NCBI GenBank assembly: GCA_044351155.1
Contig: JBILGH010000004.1
Coordinates: 12,943 to 76,942 of the forward strand
Source of the DNA: Candidatus Planktophila sp.
GTDB taxonomy: Bacteria; Actinomycetota; Actinomycetes; Nanopelagicales; Nanopelagicaceae
Direction: 5' to 3'
Length of the DNA: 64,000 bases
Position 1 is the first letter of the stretch, and every line of letters starts with the position of its first letter. Shown here one piece after another: positions 1 to 8,567 of the stretch. The notes below the pieces were generated by a model. It ran no database searches. It saw only the letters and a program-made list of their open reading frames with translations, and was not told the DNA's origin. The translations under genes were made by a program, and so were the position numbers.

Positions 1-485
1 AACGCCATTACGGAGCGCTGCAAGGTAAAGATAAGAAAGAAACGCTAGCTACTTATGGCGAAGAACAATTTAAACTTTGGCGCCGTTCTTACGACGTGCC
101 ACCACCACCAATTGATGCCAATGACCCATATAGCCAAACCGGCGATGCTCGCTACGCTGACTTAGGTGCAGAAATGCCATTAACAGAATGTTTAAAAGAT
201 GTAGTAACCCGCATGATGCCTTATTGGACTGGCAACATTGTGCCTGATCTTCGAGCAGGTAAGCGAGTTCTTGTCACCGCCCACGGAAATTCACTGCGTG
301 CTTTAGTAAAGCACCTCGATGGAATTTCAGAATCTGATATCGCTGAGCTAAATATCCCCACCGGAATTCCGCTACTTTATAAATTGGATGCAGATTTGAA
401 ACCAATTAAAAGTGGCGGTGAGTACTTAGATCCAACTGCTGCTGCGGCTGCAATACAAGCAGTAGCTAATCAAGGCAAGAAGTAA
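1..485 (+). CDS. gpmA: 2,3-bisphosphoglycerate-dependent phosphoglycerate mutase, C-terminal part (5' end outside the window; frame begins at nt 3)
   Basis: Translation from nt 3 gives [37 protein letters not shown], continuing into [15 protein letters not shown] (dPGM family region). It is the same frame as track ORF 96..485. Confidence 0.9.
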   Translation, partial: RHYGALQGKDKKETLATYGEEQFKLWRRSYDVPPPPIDANDPYSQTGDARYADLGAEMPLTECLKDVVTRMMPYWTGNIVPDLRAGKRVLVTAHGNSLRALVKHLDGISESDIAELNIPTGIPLLYKLDADLKPIKSGGEYLDPTAAAAAIQAVANQGKK

Positions 486-1148
486 TTAGTTATTTGCAGA
501 ATTTGCGTACTCGCCGGTGACTAAGTAATAGACACGGCGGGCAATTGACACTGCGTGGTCTGAGCAACGTTCGTAATAGCGGCCAAGCAGAGTCATATCG
601 ATAGCAGTTTCAATTCCGTATGGCCAGGAATCATCGAGCAAAATTTCAAATAGGCGACGATGCAGAATATCCATCTCGTCATCATCTTTTTCAAGTTGAA
701 GTGCAGCCTCAAGATTACGAGATTCAATAACCCCAATTGCTTTTTGAGTAATGCGAGCAGTTACATTGCCCATTTCCTGCAGAGTTAAAACTAGTTCAGG
801 TGGCACGGCTGCGGCTGGGTAGCGCATGCGAGTTAACTTGGCGACGTGATGTGCTAAATCGCCCATCCGCTCTAAGTCTGCGCTCATGCGCAACGAAGTA
901 ACCAAAGTGCGCAGATCACCAGCAACCGGTTGTTGGCGAGCCATCAAATTTATTGCGCGAGCTTCGATGTCATGCTGCATGTCATCAATTGCATCGTCTT
1001 CGGAAATAATTTCTTCAGCGACTTTAAGGTCGGCGGTAAGTAGGGCGCTGGTCGCGCGCTCCATTGCCTTGTTTACTAGATGGCCCATTTCGACAAGGGA
1101 AACCCCAATACCGTCTAAGTCATCATGAAAGGAATCGCGCATGGGCAT
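486..1148 (-). CDS. phoU: Phosphate signalling regulator PhoU
   Basis: 220 aa with duplicated PhoU helices (ERMGDLAHHVAK and YYERCSDHAVSIARRV). It lies divergent to the senX3/regX3 pair, as in the Streptomyces phoU/phoRP arrangement. Confidence 0.9.
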   Translation of the reverse strand: MPMRDSFHDDLDGIGVSLVEMGHLVNKAMERATSALLTADLKVAEEIISEDDAIDDMQHDIEARAINLMARQQPVAGDLRTLVTSLRMSADLERMGDLAHHVAKLTRMRYPAAAVPPELVLTLQEMGNVTARITQKAIGVIESRNLEAALQLEKDDDEMDILHRRLFEILLDDSWPYGIETAIDMTLLGRYYERCSDHAVSIARRVYYLVTGEYANSANN

Positions 1149-1283
1149 AACTTAGACCCACCTCACATCGAATGTGCGTAATAAAGTGAACGGGTCGCAA
1201 ATCTGAGGTAAATATCTGGGTGAAAAGGGTATAAATGGCTGATTATGTAGTTTTGAAAGTGAACTCTTCCTTAGAATGAGGCT

Positions 1284-2369
1284 ATGTTCTGGCGCCGCGA
1301 TAAGGAAGTAGCAGTCGAAAGTGGCTGGGAAATTCCTAATTCGCTCCTCGAACTTCTAGCAATTCTTGATGCTGAGTATTTAATTCTCGCCCCGGGTGAG
1401 CAAGTACTTTCCTCTTCAGCTGGCACGGGTGCGCTATCAATGATTCGCGATGGTCGTCTGGTTTCGACCCCGCTTCTTAATTTAGTGCGCGCAGTGCGCC
1501 GCTCAAATGTTTATCAAGAAGCAACTGTTGAGTTACCGCGCGGCCCAATTGGCCCCGGAACCCACGATCTATTGGTCCGCGTTTCACCAATCGGTACAGA
1601 GGGGCTTGTCGTCGCACTAATTTTTGACGATAGCGAATTCAGGCGGCTCGATGCAATCCGCCGAGATTTTGTGGCAAACATTTCGCACGAATTAAAGACA
1701 CCGATCGGTGCGCTATCTATCTTAAGCGAAGCTGTGCTTGAAGCTAGCGATGATAAAGAAGCAGTCGAAAAATTCGCCGGCCGCATGCAAATCGAAGCTA
1801 AGCGCTTAACCGACTTAGTTCAAGAAATTATTAACTTATCTCGACTACAAGATGGCGACCCGCTAAAAAATGCACAACCTTATTCAATGGTGGATCTAAT
1901 TAATCAAGCAATCGATGAATCTCGACTTACTGCTGAAAAGCGAAAGATCTCACTGGTATTTTTGCCGATTTCAGATCATTTCGTTTTAGGAGATCGCAGC
2001 CAACTCGAGATGGCAGTAAGCAATTTAATTGAAAATGCTATTAACTACAGCCCAGACTTAACTCAAATAGCTATCGTGTTAACTTGTAAAGATAATTTAG
2101 TTGAAATTTCGGTAACCGATCAAGGTATTGGAATTCCAGAGAAAGAAATCGAACGCATCTTTGAACGTTTCTATCGAGTAGATCCAGCTCGTTCGCGAGC
2201 AACTGGTGGAACCGGCTTAGGTCTTTCGATCGTGAAGCATGTGGCCACCAATCACGGTGGAGATATTTCGGTCTGGAGCAACGAAGGATCCGGAAGTACT
2301 TTCACTATTCGATTGCCAGAATTCATCGAAGCTAAAAGTTATCAATCAACTAATCAGGAGGAAAAATAA
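1284..2369 (+). CDS. senX3: Sensor histidine kinase, SenX3/PhoR type, with no N-terminal transmembrane segment
   Basis: H-box FVANISHELKTPIGAL and G2 box GGTGLGLSIVKHV. The stop overlaps the regX3 start by 1 nt (TAATG). Confidence 0.85.
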   Translation: MFWRRDKEVAVESGWEIPNSLLELLAILDAEYLILAPGEQVLSSSAGTGALSMIRDGRLVSTPLLNLVRAVRRSNVYQEATVELPRGPIGPGTHDLLVRVSPIGTEGLVVALIFDDSEFRRLDAIRRDFVANISHELKTPIGALSILSEAVLEASDDKEAVEKFAGRMQIEAKRLTDLVQEIINLSRLQDGDPLKNAQPYSMVDLINQAIDESRLTAEKRKISLVFLPISDHFVLGDRSQLEMAVSNLIENAINYSPDLTQIAIVLTCKDNLVEISVTDQGIGIPEKEIERIFERFYRVDPARSRATGGTGLGLSIVKHVATNHGGDISVWSNEGSGSTFTIRLPEFIEAKSYQSTNQEEK

Positions 2370-3055
2370 TGACCCGAATTTTAGTGGTCGAAGATGAAGA
2401 GTCTTTTTCTGAGGCGTTGGCCTACTTATTAGGCAAAGAGGGCTTCGATGTTGTTGTTGCTGACACGGGTACTGCTGCTGTTGAGCTTTTCGATAAACAT
2501 GGCGCTGACCTAGTTCTACTTGACTTAATGTTGCCAGGCTTGTCCGGTACTGAAGTTTGTAAGCAATTACGCACCCGCTCTGCGGTTCCAATCATTATGT
2601 TGACTGCCAAGGATGCCGAAATCGATAAAGTGGTTGGGCTCGAACTCGGCGCCGATGACTACGTAACTAAGCCGTACTCATCACGAGAACTAATCGCTCG
2701 CATTCGAGCAGTATTGCGCCGGCATAGCGATCTAGGCGAGATCACCGAAGACAATGGTTCACTTGTTGCGGGACCGGTTCGAATGGATGTTGATCGCCAC
2801 CAAGTTAGCGTCAATAACGTCTCAATCTCATTACCACTCAAGGAGTTTGAGTTGCTCGAGTTTTTAATGCGCAATTCAGGCCGAGTACTAACCCGAATGC
2901 AATTAATTGATCGTGTTTGGGGAAGCGATTACGTGGGCGATACCAAGACCCTAGATGTTCACATCAAGCGCTTGCGCGCGAAAATAGAAGTAGATCCAGC
3001 AAATCCAGTCTTTATCCAGACTGTGCGCGGACTTGGTTACAAACTAGAAGCTTAA
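2369..3055 (+). CDS. regX3: OmpR-family response regulator RegX3/PhoP
   Basis: Receiver motifs ILVVEDEESF and DLVLLDLMLPGLSG, with a winged-helix C-terminus ending TVRGLGYKLE. Confidence 0.9.
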   Translation: MTRILVVEDEESFSEALAYLLGKEGFDVVVADTGTAAVELFDKHGADLVLLDLMLPGLSGTEVCKQLRTRSAVPIIMLTAKDAEIDKVVGLELGADDYVTKPYSSRELIARIRAVLRRHSDLGEITEDNGSLVAGPVRMDVDRHQVSVNNVSISLPLKEFELLEFLMRNSGRVLTRMQLIDRVWGSDYVGDTKTLDVHIKRLRAKIEVDPANPVFIQTVRGLGYKLEA

Positions 3056-3537
3056 GAAGTTATGCCAGCGTAGATATCGCGTTGGTCGCGCACTATTGCT
3101 TTGACCGTAACTATGCCAGCTGTTTGAAAGAGGAAAGAAATATCCACTGTGTTGCCAGATTTAACACCAAGGTTAGGAATTACCGCCTTGGCATTTGCTG
3201 AGTCACCTTCAAAAATCATCGGTAAGTTTTCCGAAATCACATTGGACTCACTAGTGATGGTGGCAAGCACATTATTTGCTGAGATACCGATCAGTGAATC
3301 AGGTGTTGAGTTTGAATTAACAATAGTGCCAACTAAAACTGCGCTGCCATCTGGTTGAGCAACAAGTAAAAAGCCACGCAGTTTAAGATTACTGGTATCA
3401 GTAACAACTGCAGTTTCGGCACCATCGGTAACTTTAGTTATGGTACGAGACGCAGCGTTTTGGCCAGCGCCACAAGCAGTTAAAGTCGAGAGAGATGCAG
3501 CAATTATTAAACTGATCGCAACTTTACGTGACTGCAT
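3052..3537 (-). CDS. LpqE-like lipoprotein of unknown function
   Basis: The signal peptide has a lipobox (SLSTLTAC GAG). I chose the start at MQSRKV because GGGAG lies 6 nt upstream. Its position next to carD matches mycobacterial lpqE. No His/Met copper motif is visible. Confidence 0.6.
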   Translation of the reverse strand: MQSRKVAISLIIAASLSTLTACGAGQNAASRTITKVTDGAETAVVTDTSNLKLRGFLLVAQPDGSAVLVGTIVNSNSTPDSLIGISANNVLATITSESNVISENLPMIFEGDSANAKAVIPNLGVKSGNTVDISFLFQTAGIVTVKAIVRDQRDIYAGITS

Positions 3538-3685
3538 TTTTTCTCCCAAGAAATAATTACTCAACAATGCATGCGTATTCTCTCATGAGAAATAGCGGCT
3601 AAAGCCAGTTAAATATAGGCGAAATACCCGAGGTGACTACCCTCACTAGTTGCTGGTATGATTGGCCCCTAACGAAGGGCACCCC

Positions 3686-4168
3686 ATGTCATTTAAAGTA
3701 GGCGAAACTGTTGTTTACCCTCATCACGGCGCAGCGCTAATCGAGGCAATTGAAACTCGAGTGATTAAGGGCGAAGAAAAAACCTACTTAGTTTTAAAGG
3801 TGGCACAAGGCGATTTAACAGTACGAGTACCAGCTGAGAATGTTGATCTCGTAGGCGTTCGTGACGTTGTAGATAGCGCCGGCCTTGACCGAGTTTTCAG
3901 TGTTTTGCGCCAGCCGTATACCGAAGAGCCAACAAACTGGTCTCGCCGTTACAAGGCTAATCTTGAAAAATTAGCCTCAGGCGATGTAATCAAGGTTGCC
4001 GAAGTTGTGCGTGATCTTTACCGTCGCGATCTAGATCGCGGACTCTCTGCCGGTGAGAAGCGCATGCTTTCAAAAGCTAAGCAGATTCTGGTTTCAGAAT
4101 TAGCACTTGCTGAGCGCACCGATGAAGAAAAAGCGTCAGTAATCCTCGATGAGGTTCTAGCTTCTTAA
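3686..4168 (+). CDS. carD: CarD-family RNA-polymerase-binding transcription regulator
   Basis: [23 protein letters not shown] is the typical CarD N-terminus (TRCF-RID-like). A 160-aa product results if the start is at 3686. The track ORF starts 24 nt upstream. Confidence 0.9.
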   Translation: MSFKVGETVVYPHHGAALIEAIETRVIKGEEKTYLVLKVAQGDLTVRVPAENVDLVGVRDVVDSAGLDRVFSVLRQPYTEEPTNWSRRYKANLEKLASGDVIKVAEVVRDLYRRDLDRGLSAGEKRMLSKAKQILVSELALAERTDEEKASVILDEVLAS

Positions 4169-4195
4169 TTTAAGCTCGCATTCGATCGGAGCATT

Positions 4196-5341
4196 ATGCC
4201 TGGCCATGTTGCAGCAATTATTGCTGCTGCCGGATCCGGCCTTCGTTTCGGAGCTGATCTTCCTAAAGCCCTAATTCAATTAGGTGACAAGACCCTAATT
4301 GAACATGCGGTTGCGGCAATTTCACCTGCTGTCGATGAAGTAATCGTCACCGCACCAGCTTCTCACTTAAGCCAATTTCAAAGACTTTTAGGCGATGCCG
4401 TAACTGTTGTAGTTGGCGGGCAAACTCGCTCAGAATCAGTCAGGGCTGGCTTAGCCGTAGTTTCTGGCGACACAAAATATGTATTAATCCATGATGCAGC
4501 TCGCGCTCTAGCAACAACAGAGTTAACTAACCGTGTTTTGTCAGCACTACAAAGTGGTGAAGTTGCAGTCATACCCGGGGTACCTCAAGTAGATACGATC
4601 AAGAACGTCGGTGCAGATGGATATGTAATTTCAACTCCTAATCGCGCAGATTTGCGCAATATCCAAACTCCTCAAGGTTTTGAACTTACTGCGCTTAAAA
4701 AAGCACACGCTACAAATGGTGAAGGCACCGATGATGCTGCATTAGTTGAAACTGCAGGATTTAAAGTTCTAGTGATTGCTGGCGAAGAACGCGCCATGAA
4801 AATTACAACGCCAGCTGATTTAGCAACCGCTTACAACTTACTTGGCAATAACCAGGAGTTTTTAACTGGCGTTGGTGTTGATGCGCACGCATTCGAAGTC
4901 GGGCGCGAACTTTGGTTAGGTTGCCTTAATTGGCCAGATGAAGTTGGTGTTGCTGGACATTCTGATGGCGATGTTGCCGCGCATGCGATTTGCGATTCAT
5001 TATTTGCAGCAACTGGTTTAGGTGATTTAGGTTCAAACTTTGGTGTTGATCGACCTGAATATGCTGGCGCAAGTGGCGCAAAGTTGTTAGCAGAGACACT
5101 TTCAATCATCACCAACGCAGGTTTTGCTATCTCAAATGTTTCAGTACAAGTTATCGGTAATCGCCCCAAGTTAGCCACGCGACGTAAAGAAGCAATTGCA
5201 GCTCTCTCTGCTGCGTTAAATGGTGCACCAGTATCACTATTGGCCACAACTACTGATGGTCTTGGCTTAACTGGTGAAGGCAAAGGCATTGCGGCCATTG
5301 CTTCAGCGCTCGTTTTTAAGGTTTCTAGTAACGCCCGATAG
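4196..5341 (+). CDS. ispDF: Bifunctional IspD/IspF: MEP cytidylyltransferase fused to MEcDP synthase
   Basis: The N-terminal half has [14 protein letters not shown] (IspD P-loop-like motif). The C-terminal half has [18 protein letters not shown] and [16 protein letters not shown] (IspF zinc/CDP site). Both sit in one uninterrupted frame. Confidence 0.88.
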   Translation: MPGHVAAIIAAAGSGLRFGADLPKALIQLGDKTLIEHAVAAISPAVDEVIVTAPASHLSQFQRLLGDAVTVVVGGQTRSESVRAGLAVVSGDTKYVLIHDAARALATTELTNRVLSALQSGEVAVIPGVPQVDTIKNVGADGYVISTPNRADLRNIQTPQGFELTALKKAHATNGEGTDDAALVETAGFKVLVIAGEERAMKITTPADLATAYNLLGNNQEFLTGVGVDAHAFEVGRELWLGCLNWPDEVGVAGHSDGDVAAHAICDSLFAATGLGDLGSNFGVDRPEYAGASGAKLLAETLSIITNAGFAISNVSVQVIGNRPKLATRRKEAIAALSAALNGAPVSLLATTTDGLGLTGEGKGIAAIASALVFKVSSNAR

Positions 5342-5350
5342 ACTTCGCTA

Positions 5351-6760
5351 ATGAGTTCGCTAAAGCTATATGACACATTGTCGCGAACCGTCTCAGAATT
5401 TATTCCACTGCAGCCGGGTAAAGCGAGCATTTACCTTTGTGGTGCCACGGTTCAAGCGCCGCCACACATCGGCCATATCCGTAGCGGCGTTAACTTTGAT
5501 ATTTTACGACGTTGGTTAGTTAAGTCAGGCTTTGAGACTACTTTTATTCGTAACGTCACTGACATTGATGACAAAATTTTGCATAAAGCAGTTCATGAAG
5601 AAGCACCCTGGTGGGCGGTTGCCCTTAAGTATGAGCGAGCATTTACCGATGCTTACACAGCGCTAAATGTTTTACCGCCAACATATGAACCGCGAGCAAC
5701 TGGTCACATTACTCAAATGATTGATTTGATTGCTGCTTTGATTGAGCGTGGTTATGCATATGCGCCAGGCAATGGTGATGTTTATTTGGAAGTTCGTAAA
5801 CTAGATTCATATTTAACTCTCTCAAACCAAAATATTGACGATTTGTTACCAGCGCAAGATGCGGACGAAACCTTTAAACGTGATGTCCGTGATTTTGCCC
5901 TTTGGAAAGCGGCTAAAGAGGGAGATCCATTTTGGCCAACGCCATGGGGAAATGGTCGCCCAGGTTGGCATATCGAATGTTCTGCCATGGCACACACATA
6001 TTTGGGTGCAGAGTTTGATATTCACGGTGGTGGCTTAGATTTAATTTTTCCACACCATGAAAATGAAATCGCACAATCCGAAGCCGCCGGCTATGGCTTT
6101 GCTAAACGTTGGTTACATAATGCCTGGGTAACTGCCTCTGGTGAAAAAATGTCTAAGTCACTTGGTAATTCGTTACAAGTAACCGAGTTGTTAAAGAGCG
6201 TTCGCGGCATTGAATTGCGCTGGTATCTAGGCAGCGCTCATTACCGATCAATGCTTGAGTTTTCACCAGCAGCTCTAGAAGAGTCGGCAGTTGGTTTCCG
6301 TCGAATTGAGAACTTTTTAATGCGGGCAGGCGAAATCTTGGGAAGCCAACCAGAACCAGCGTTATCTAATGACTTTGTAGCTGCCATGAACGAAGATTTA
6401 GCAGTTCCGCAAGCGCTTGCTGGAATTTCCGAACAGTTACGCATAGGAAATAGCGCAATTACTGAAAACGACGTTGCGGCTGTTTCAAGTGCCGCAAGTT
6501 TTATTCGTGGAGCTCTTGAGGTACTTGGTTGCGATCCGTTTGACCCAGCATTTTCTAGCGGTGCCCAAAACGAATCAGTGACCGATGCCCTAGATGGAGT
6601 TATCAAATTAGTTTTGGCACAGCGAACCGCAGCAAGAGACCGCAAAGATTTTGCCGCATCTGATCAGATTCGTGATGGCTTAATTGCACTTGGTATTTCG
6701 ATTGAAGATACAGCTCAAGGACCACGTTGGTCGATCTCACGTTCAGAAGGTAGTAATTAA
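5351..6760 (+). CDS. cysS: Cysteine--tRNA ligase
   Basis: Class I motifs PPHIGHIRSG and KMSKSLGN. Synteny after ispDF matches mycobacteria. Confidence 0.95.
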   Translation: MSSLKLYDTLSRTVSEFIPLQPGKASIYLCGATVQAPPHIGHIRSGVNFDILRRWLVKSGFETTFIRNVTDIDDKILHKAVHEEAPWWAVALKYERAFTDAYTALNVLPPTYEPRATGHITQMIDLIAALIERGYAYAPGNGDVYLEVRKLDSYLTLSNQNIDDLLPAQDADETFKRDVRDFALWKAAKEGDPFWPTPWGNGRPGWHIECSAMAHTYLGAEFDIHGGGLDLIFPHHENEIAQSEAAGYGFAKRWLHNAWVTASGEKMSKSLGNSLQVTELLKSVRGIELRWYLGSAHYRSMLEFSPAALEESAVGFRRIENFLMRAGEILGSQPEPALSNDFVAAMNEDLAVPQALAGISEQLRIGNSAITENDVAAVSSAASFIRGALEVLGCDPFDPAFSSGAQNESVTDALDGVIKLVLAQRTAARDRKDFAASDQIRDGLIALGISIEDTAQGPRWSISRSEGSN

Positions 6761-7747
6761 ATGGCCGGTAATTCAGAGCGCAAAGGCGCAATACGTGGAT
6801 CTAAAAAAGGTCCAACAACCGGCACCGGTGGTAAAAACAAAAAACGTTTAGCGGGTAAAGGGCCAACTCCCAAAGCTGAAGACCGCCCATATCACGCAGC
6901 TGCCAAGCGCAAGAAAGCTGCCGAGAAAGCAAAAGCTAATCCACGTGCTGGTACAACGCCGCGCACTGGCACAACTCCGCGAAGTTCAGCTGGGCGTAAT
7001 TCAAGAGTTGATAAACCAAAAGGTGAAATTGTCGCTGGTCGTAACGCAGTACTTGAGGCACTGCGCGCTGCAGTTCCGGCAACTGAAGTACTAGTAGCTC
7101 GCGGAATTGATATCGATGACCGCGTCGCTGAGTCACTACAACTTGCGCTGCATTTACAACTTCCGATTCGCGAAGTTCACCGTGCTGAAGTTGAAGGCAT
7201 CTCTCCAAATAGCCAAGGAATTATTCTGGCGATTAAGCCATATCAATACTCAAGTTTTGAAGAAATAACTCAACGTGCCAAGAATCCAATGTTGATTGTG
7301 GCACTCGATGGAGTTACTGATCCGAGAAACCTCGGCGCAATAATTCGTAGCGCTGGCGCTTTTGGCGTAAATGGTGTTGTTATGACTGAGCGTCGCGCTG
7401 CTGCCATGACTGCTTCCGCCTGGAAAGCATCAGCTGGTGCTGCCGCGCGCATGCCAGTTGCTCAAGTAACAAACCTCGCTCGCACCATTGAAGAAGCCAA
7501 GAAATTAGGCTGCTTTGTAATCGGTCTAGATGGCGAAAGTGATGAATCGCTAAGCGGCATGAAAGTTGCTACCGAATCACTCATGATCGTAGTTGGCAGC
7601 GAAGGCAAAGGCTTATCTCGCTTAGTTCGCGAGAAATGTGATCTAGTTGTTTCAATCCCCATGAACTCAGCTACCGAATCCCTGAACGCAAGTGTGGCAA
7701 CTTCGATTGCTCTCTTCTGGGTGGACGAGCAACGTCGAAAGAGCTAA
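6761..7747 (+). CDS. rlmB: 23S rRNA (guanosine-2'-O)-methyltransferase RlmB (TrmH/SpoU family) with a basic low-complexity N-terminal tail
   Basis: SpoU motifs VALDGVTDPRNLGAIIRSAGAFG and SLNASVA. The ATG directly follows the cysS stop. Confidence 0.85.
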   Translation: MAGNSERKGAIRGSKKGPTTGTGGKNKKRLAGKGPTPKAEDRPYHAAAKRKKAAEKAKANPRAGTTPRTGTTPRSSAGRNSRVDKPKGEIVAGRNAVLEALRAAVPATEVLVARGIDIDDRVAESLQLALHLQLPIREVHRAEVEGISPNSQGIILAIKPYQYSSFEEITQRAKNPMLIVALDGVTDPRNLGAIIRSAGAFGVNGVVMTERRAAAMTASAWKASAGAAARMPVAQVTNLARTIEEAKKLGCFVIGLDGESDESLSGMKVATESLMIVVGSEGKGLSRLVREKCDLVVSIPMNSATESLNASVATSIALFWVDEQRRKS

Positions 7748-7749
7748 CG

Positions 7750-8529
7750 ATGATATTTCAAAGATTTATTGCACTCGGTGACTCATTCACTGAAGGCATG
7801 ACCGATGAGATTATCAATGGAAATTATCGCGGCTGGGCAGATCGGGTTGCTGATGTCTTAGCAACAAAGTCACCCAACTTTACCTATGTGAATTTAGCGA
7901 TCCGTGGAAAATTAGTAACACAAGTAGTTGGTGATCAAGTGCCACGGGCCACTGCTTTAATCACAGGCAAGGAAACTTTGGTTTCATTTCATGCTGGCGC
8001 AAACGATGTACTAAGACCTGGTTATCGCCCGGAGAATGTTTTTCCAATTTATAACGATGCAGTAAGAAAGCTGTCTGCAACTGGGGCCACGCTCATGTTG
8101 TTTACAGTTCTAGAGCGAACTGGAAATACTGGCAAGACTGCAGATATGTGGGCTGAACGTTTTAGCACATTCAATAAAAATGTCCGAGCAATCGCAACTG
8201 AAGTTGGTGCGATTATCGTTGATGCAAATGAGAAACAATTTCTCTCTGATCGGCGATTACTAGCATTTGATCGCCTGCATTTGAATCCACTTGGCCATGA
8301 CCGAGTTGCACAGGGTGTACTTGAAGTACTCGACATGCCATTTGATCCGAATTGGCGTTTGCCATTGCCAACTGCTAAACCAACTCCTTGGGTTATCAAG
8401 AAAGCAACCAGCGTCGCTTGGTTCTTTAGCTTCGCTTTGCCCTGGATTTGGCGACGAATTCGGGGCAAGTCATCGGGTGACGGGCGCAGCGCAAAGTACC
8501 CAAACCCAACTACTTGGCCGCTTAGTTAA
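7750..8529 (+). CDS. SGNH/GDSL-family hydrolase
   Basis: SGNH blocks ALGDSFTEG, GANDVLR and DRLHLNPLGH. Confidence 0.8.
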   Translation: MIFQRFIALGDSFTEGMTDEIINGNYRGWADRVADVLATKSPNFTYVNLAIRGKLVTQVVGDQVPRATALITGKETLVSFHAGANDVLRPGYRPENVFPIYNDAVRKLSATGATLMLFTVLERTGNTGKTADMWAERFSTFNKNVRAIATEVGAIIVDANEKQFLSDRRLLAFDRLHLNPLGHDRVAQGVLEVLDMPFDPNWRLPLPTAKPTPWVIKKATSVAWFFSFALPWIWRRIRGKSSGDGRSAKYPNPTTWPLS

Positions 8530-8567
8530 GCGCCAGTCCACCTAATCGACGTTTTCCGTTCACCCAG

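Noticed and set aside
3581-3590. The perfect 10-bp palindrome TCTCATGAGA in the lpqE-like / carD divergent spacer.
   Set aside because: It is short and AT-rich, occurs once, and matches no operator consensus that I know. It could easily arise by chance in 64 kb.
4831-5430. Long antisense ORFs in the track. Examples are 4831..5430 (199 aa), 61376..61798 (140 aa), 18464..18871, 27114..27545, 21840..22319, 8049..8468 and 6241..6645.
   Set aside because: Each lies fully opposite a confidently identified gene (ispDF, tRNA-Gln/glmU, groEL, citA, MFS, SGNH, cysS). Their compositions are Ser/Ala/Arg/Pro-rich and low in complexity, as is typical of antisense frames. None has an SD or motif. ORF 61376..61798 even runs through the tRNA-Gln gene.
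6941-6976. An imperfect 18-nt tandem duplication in rlmB encoding (R)AGTTPR / TGTTPR.
   Set aside because: It lies in the basic low-complexity N-terminal tail that is common to actinobacterial RlmB-like proteins. This is probably simple slippage without a separate function.
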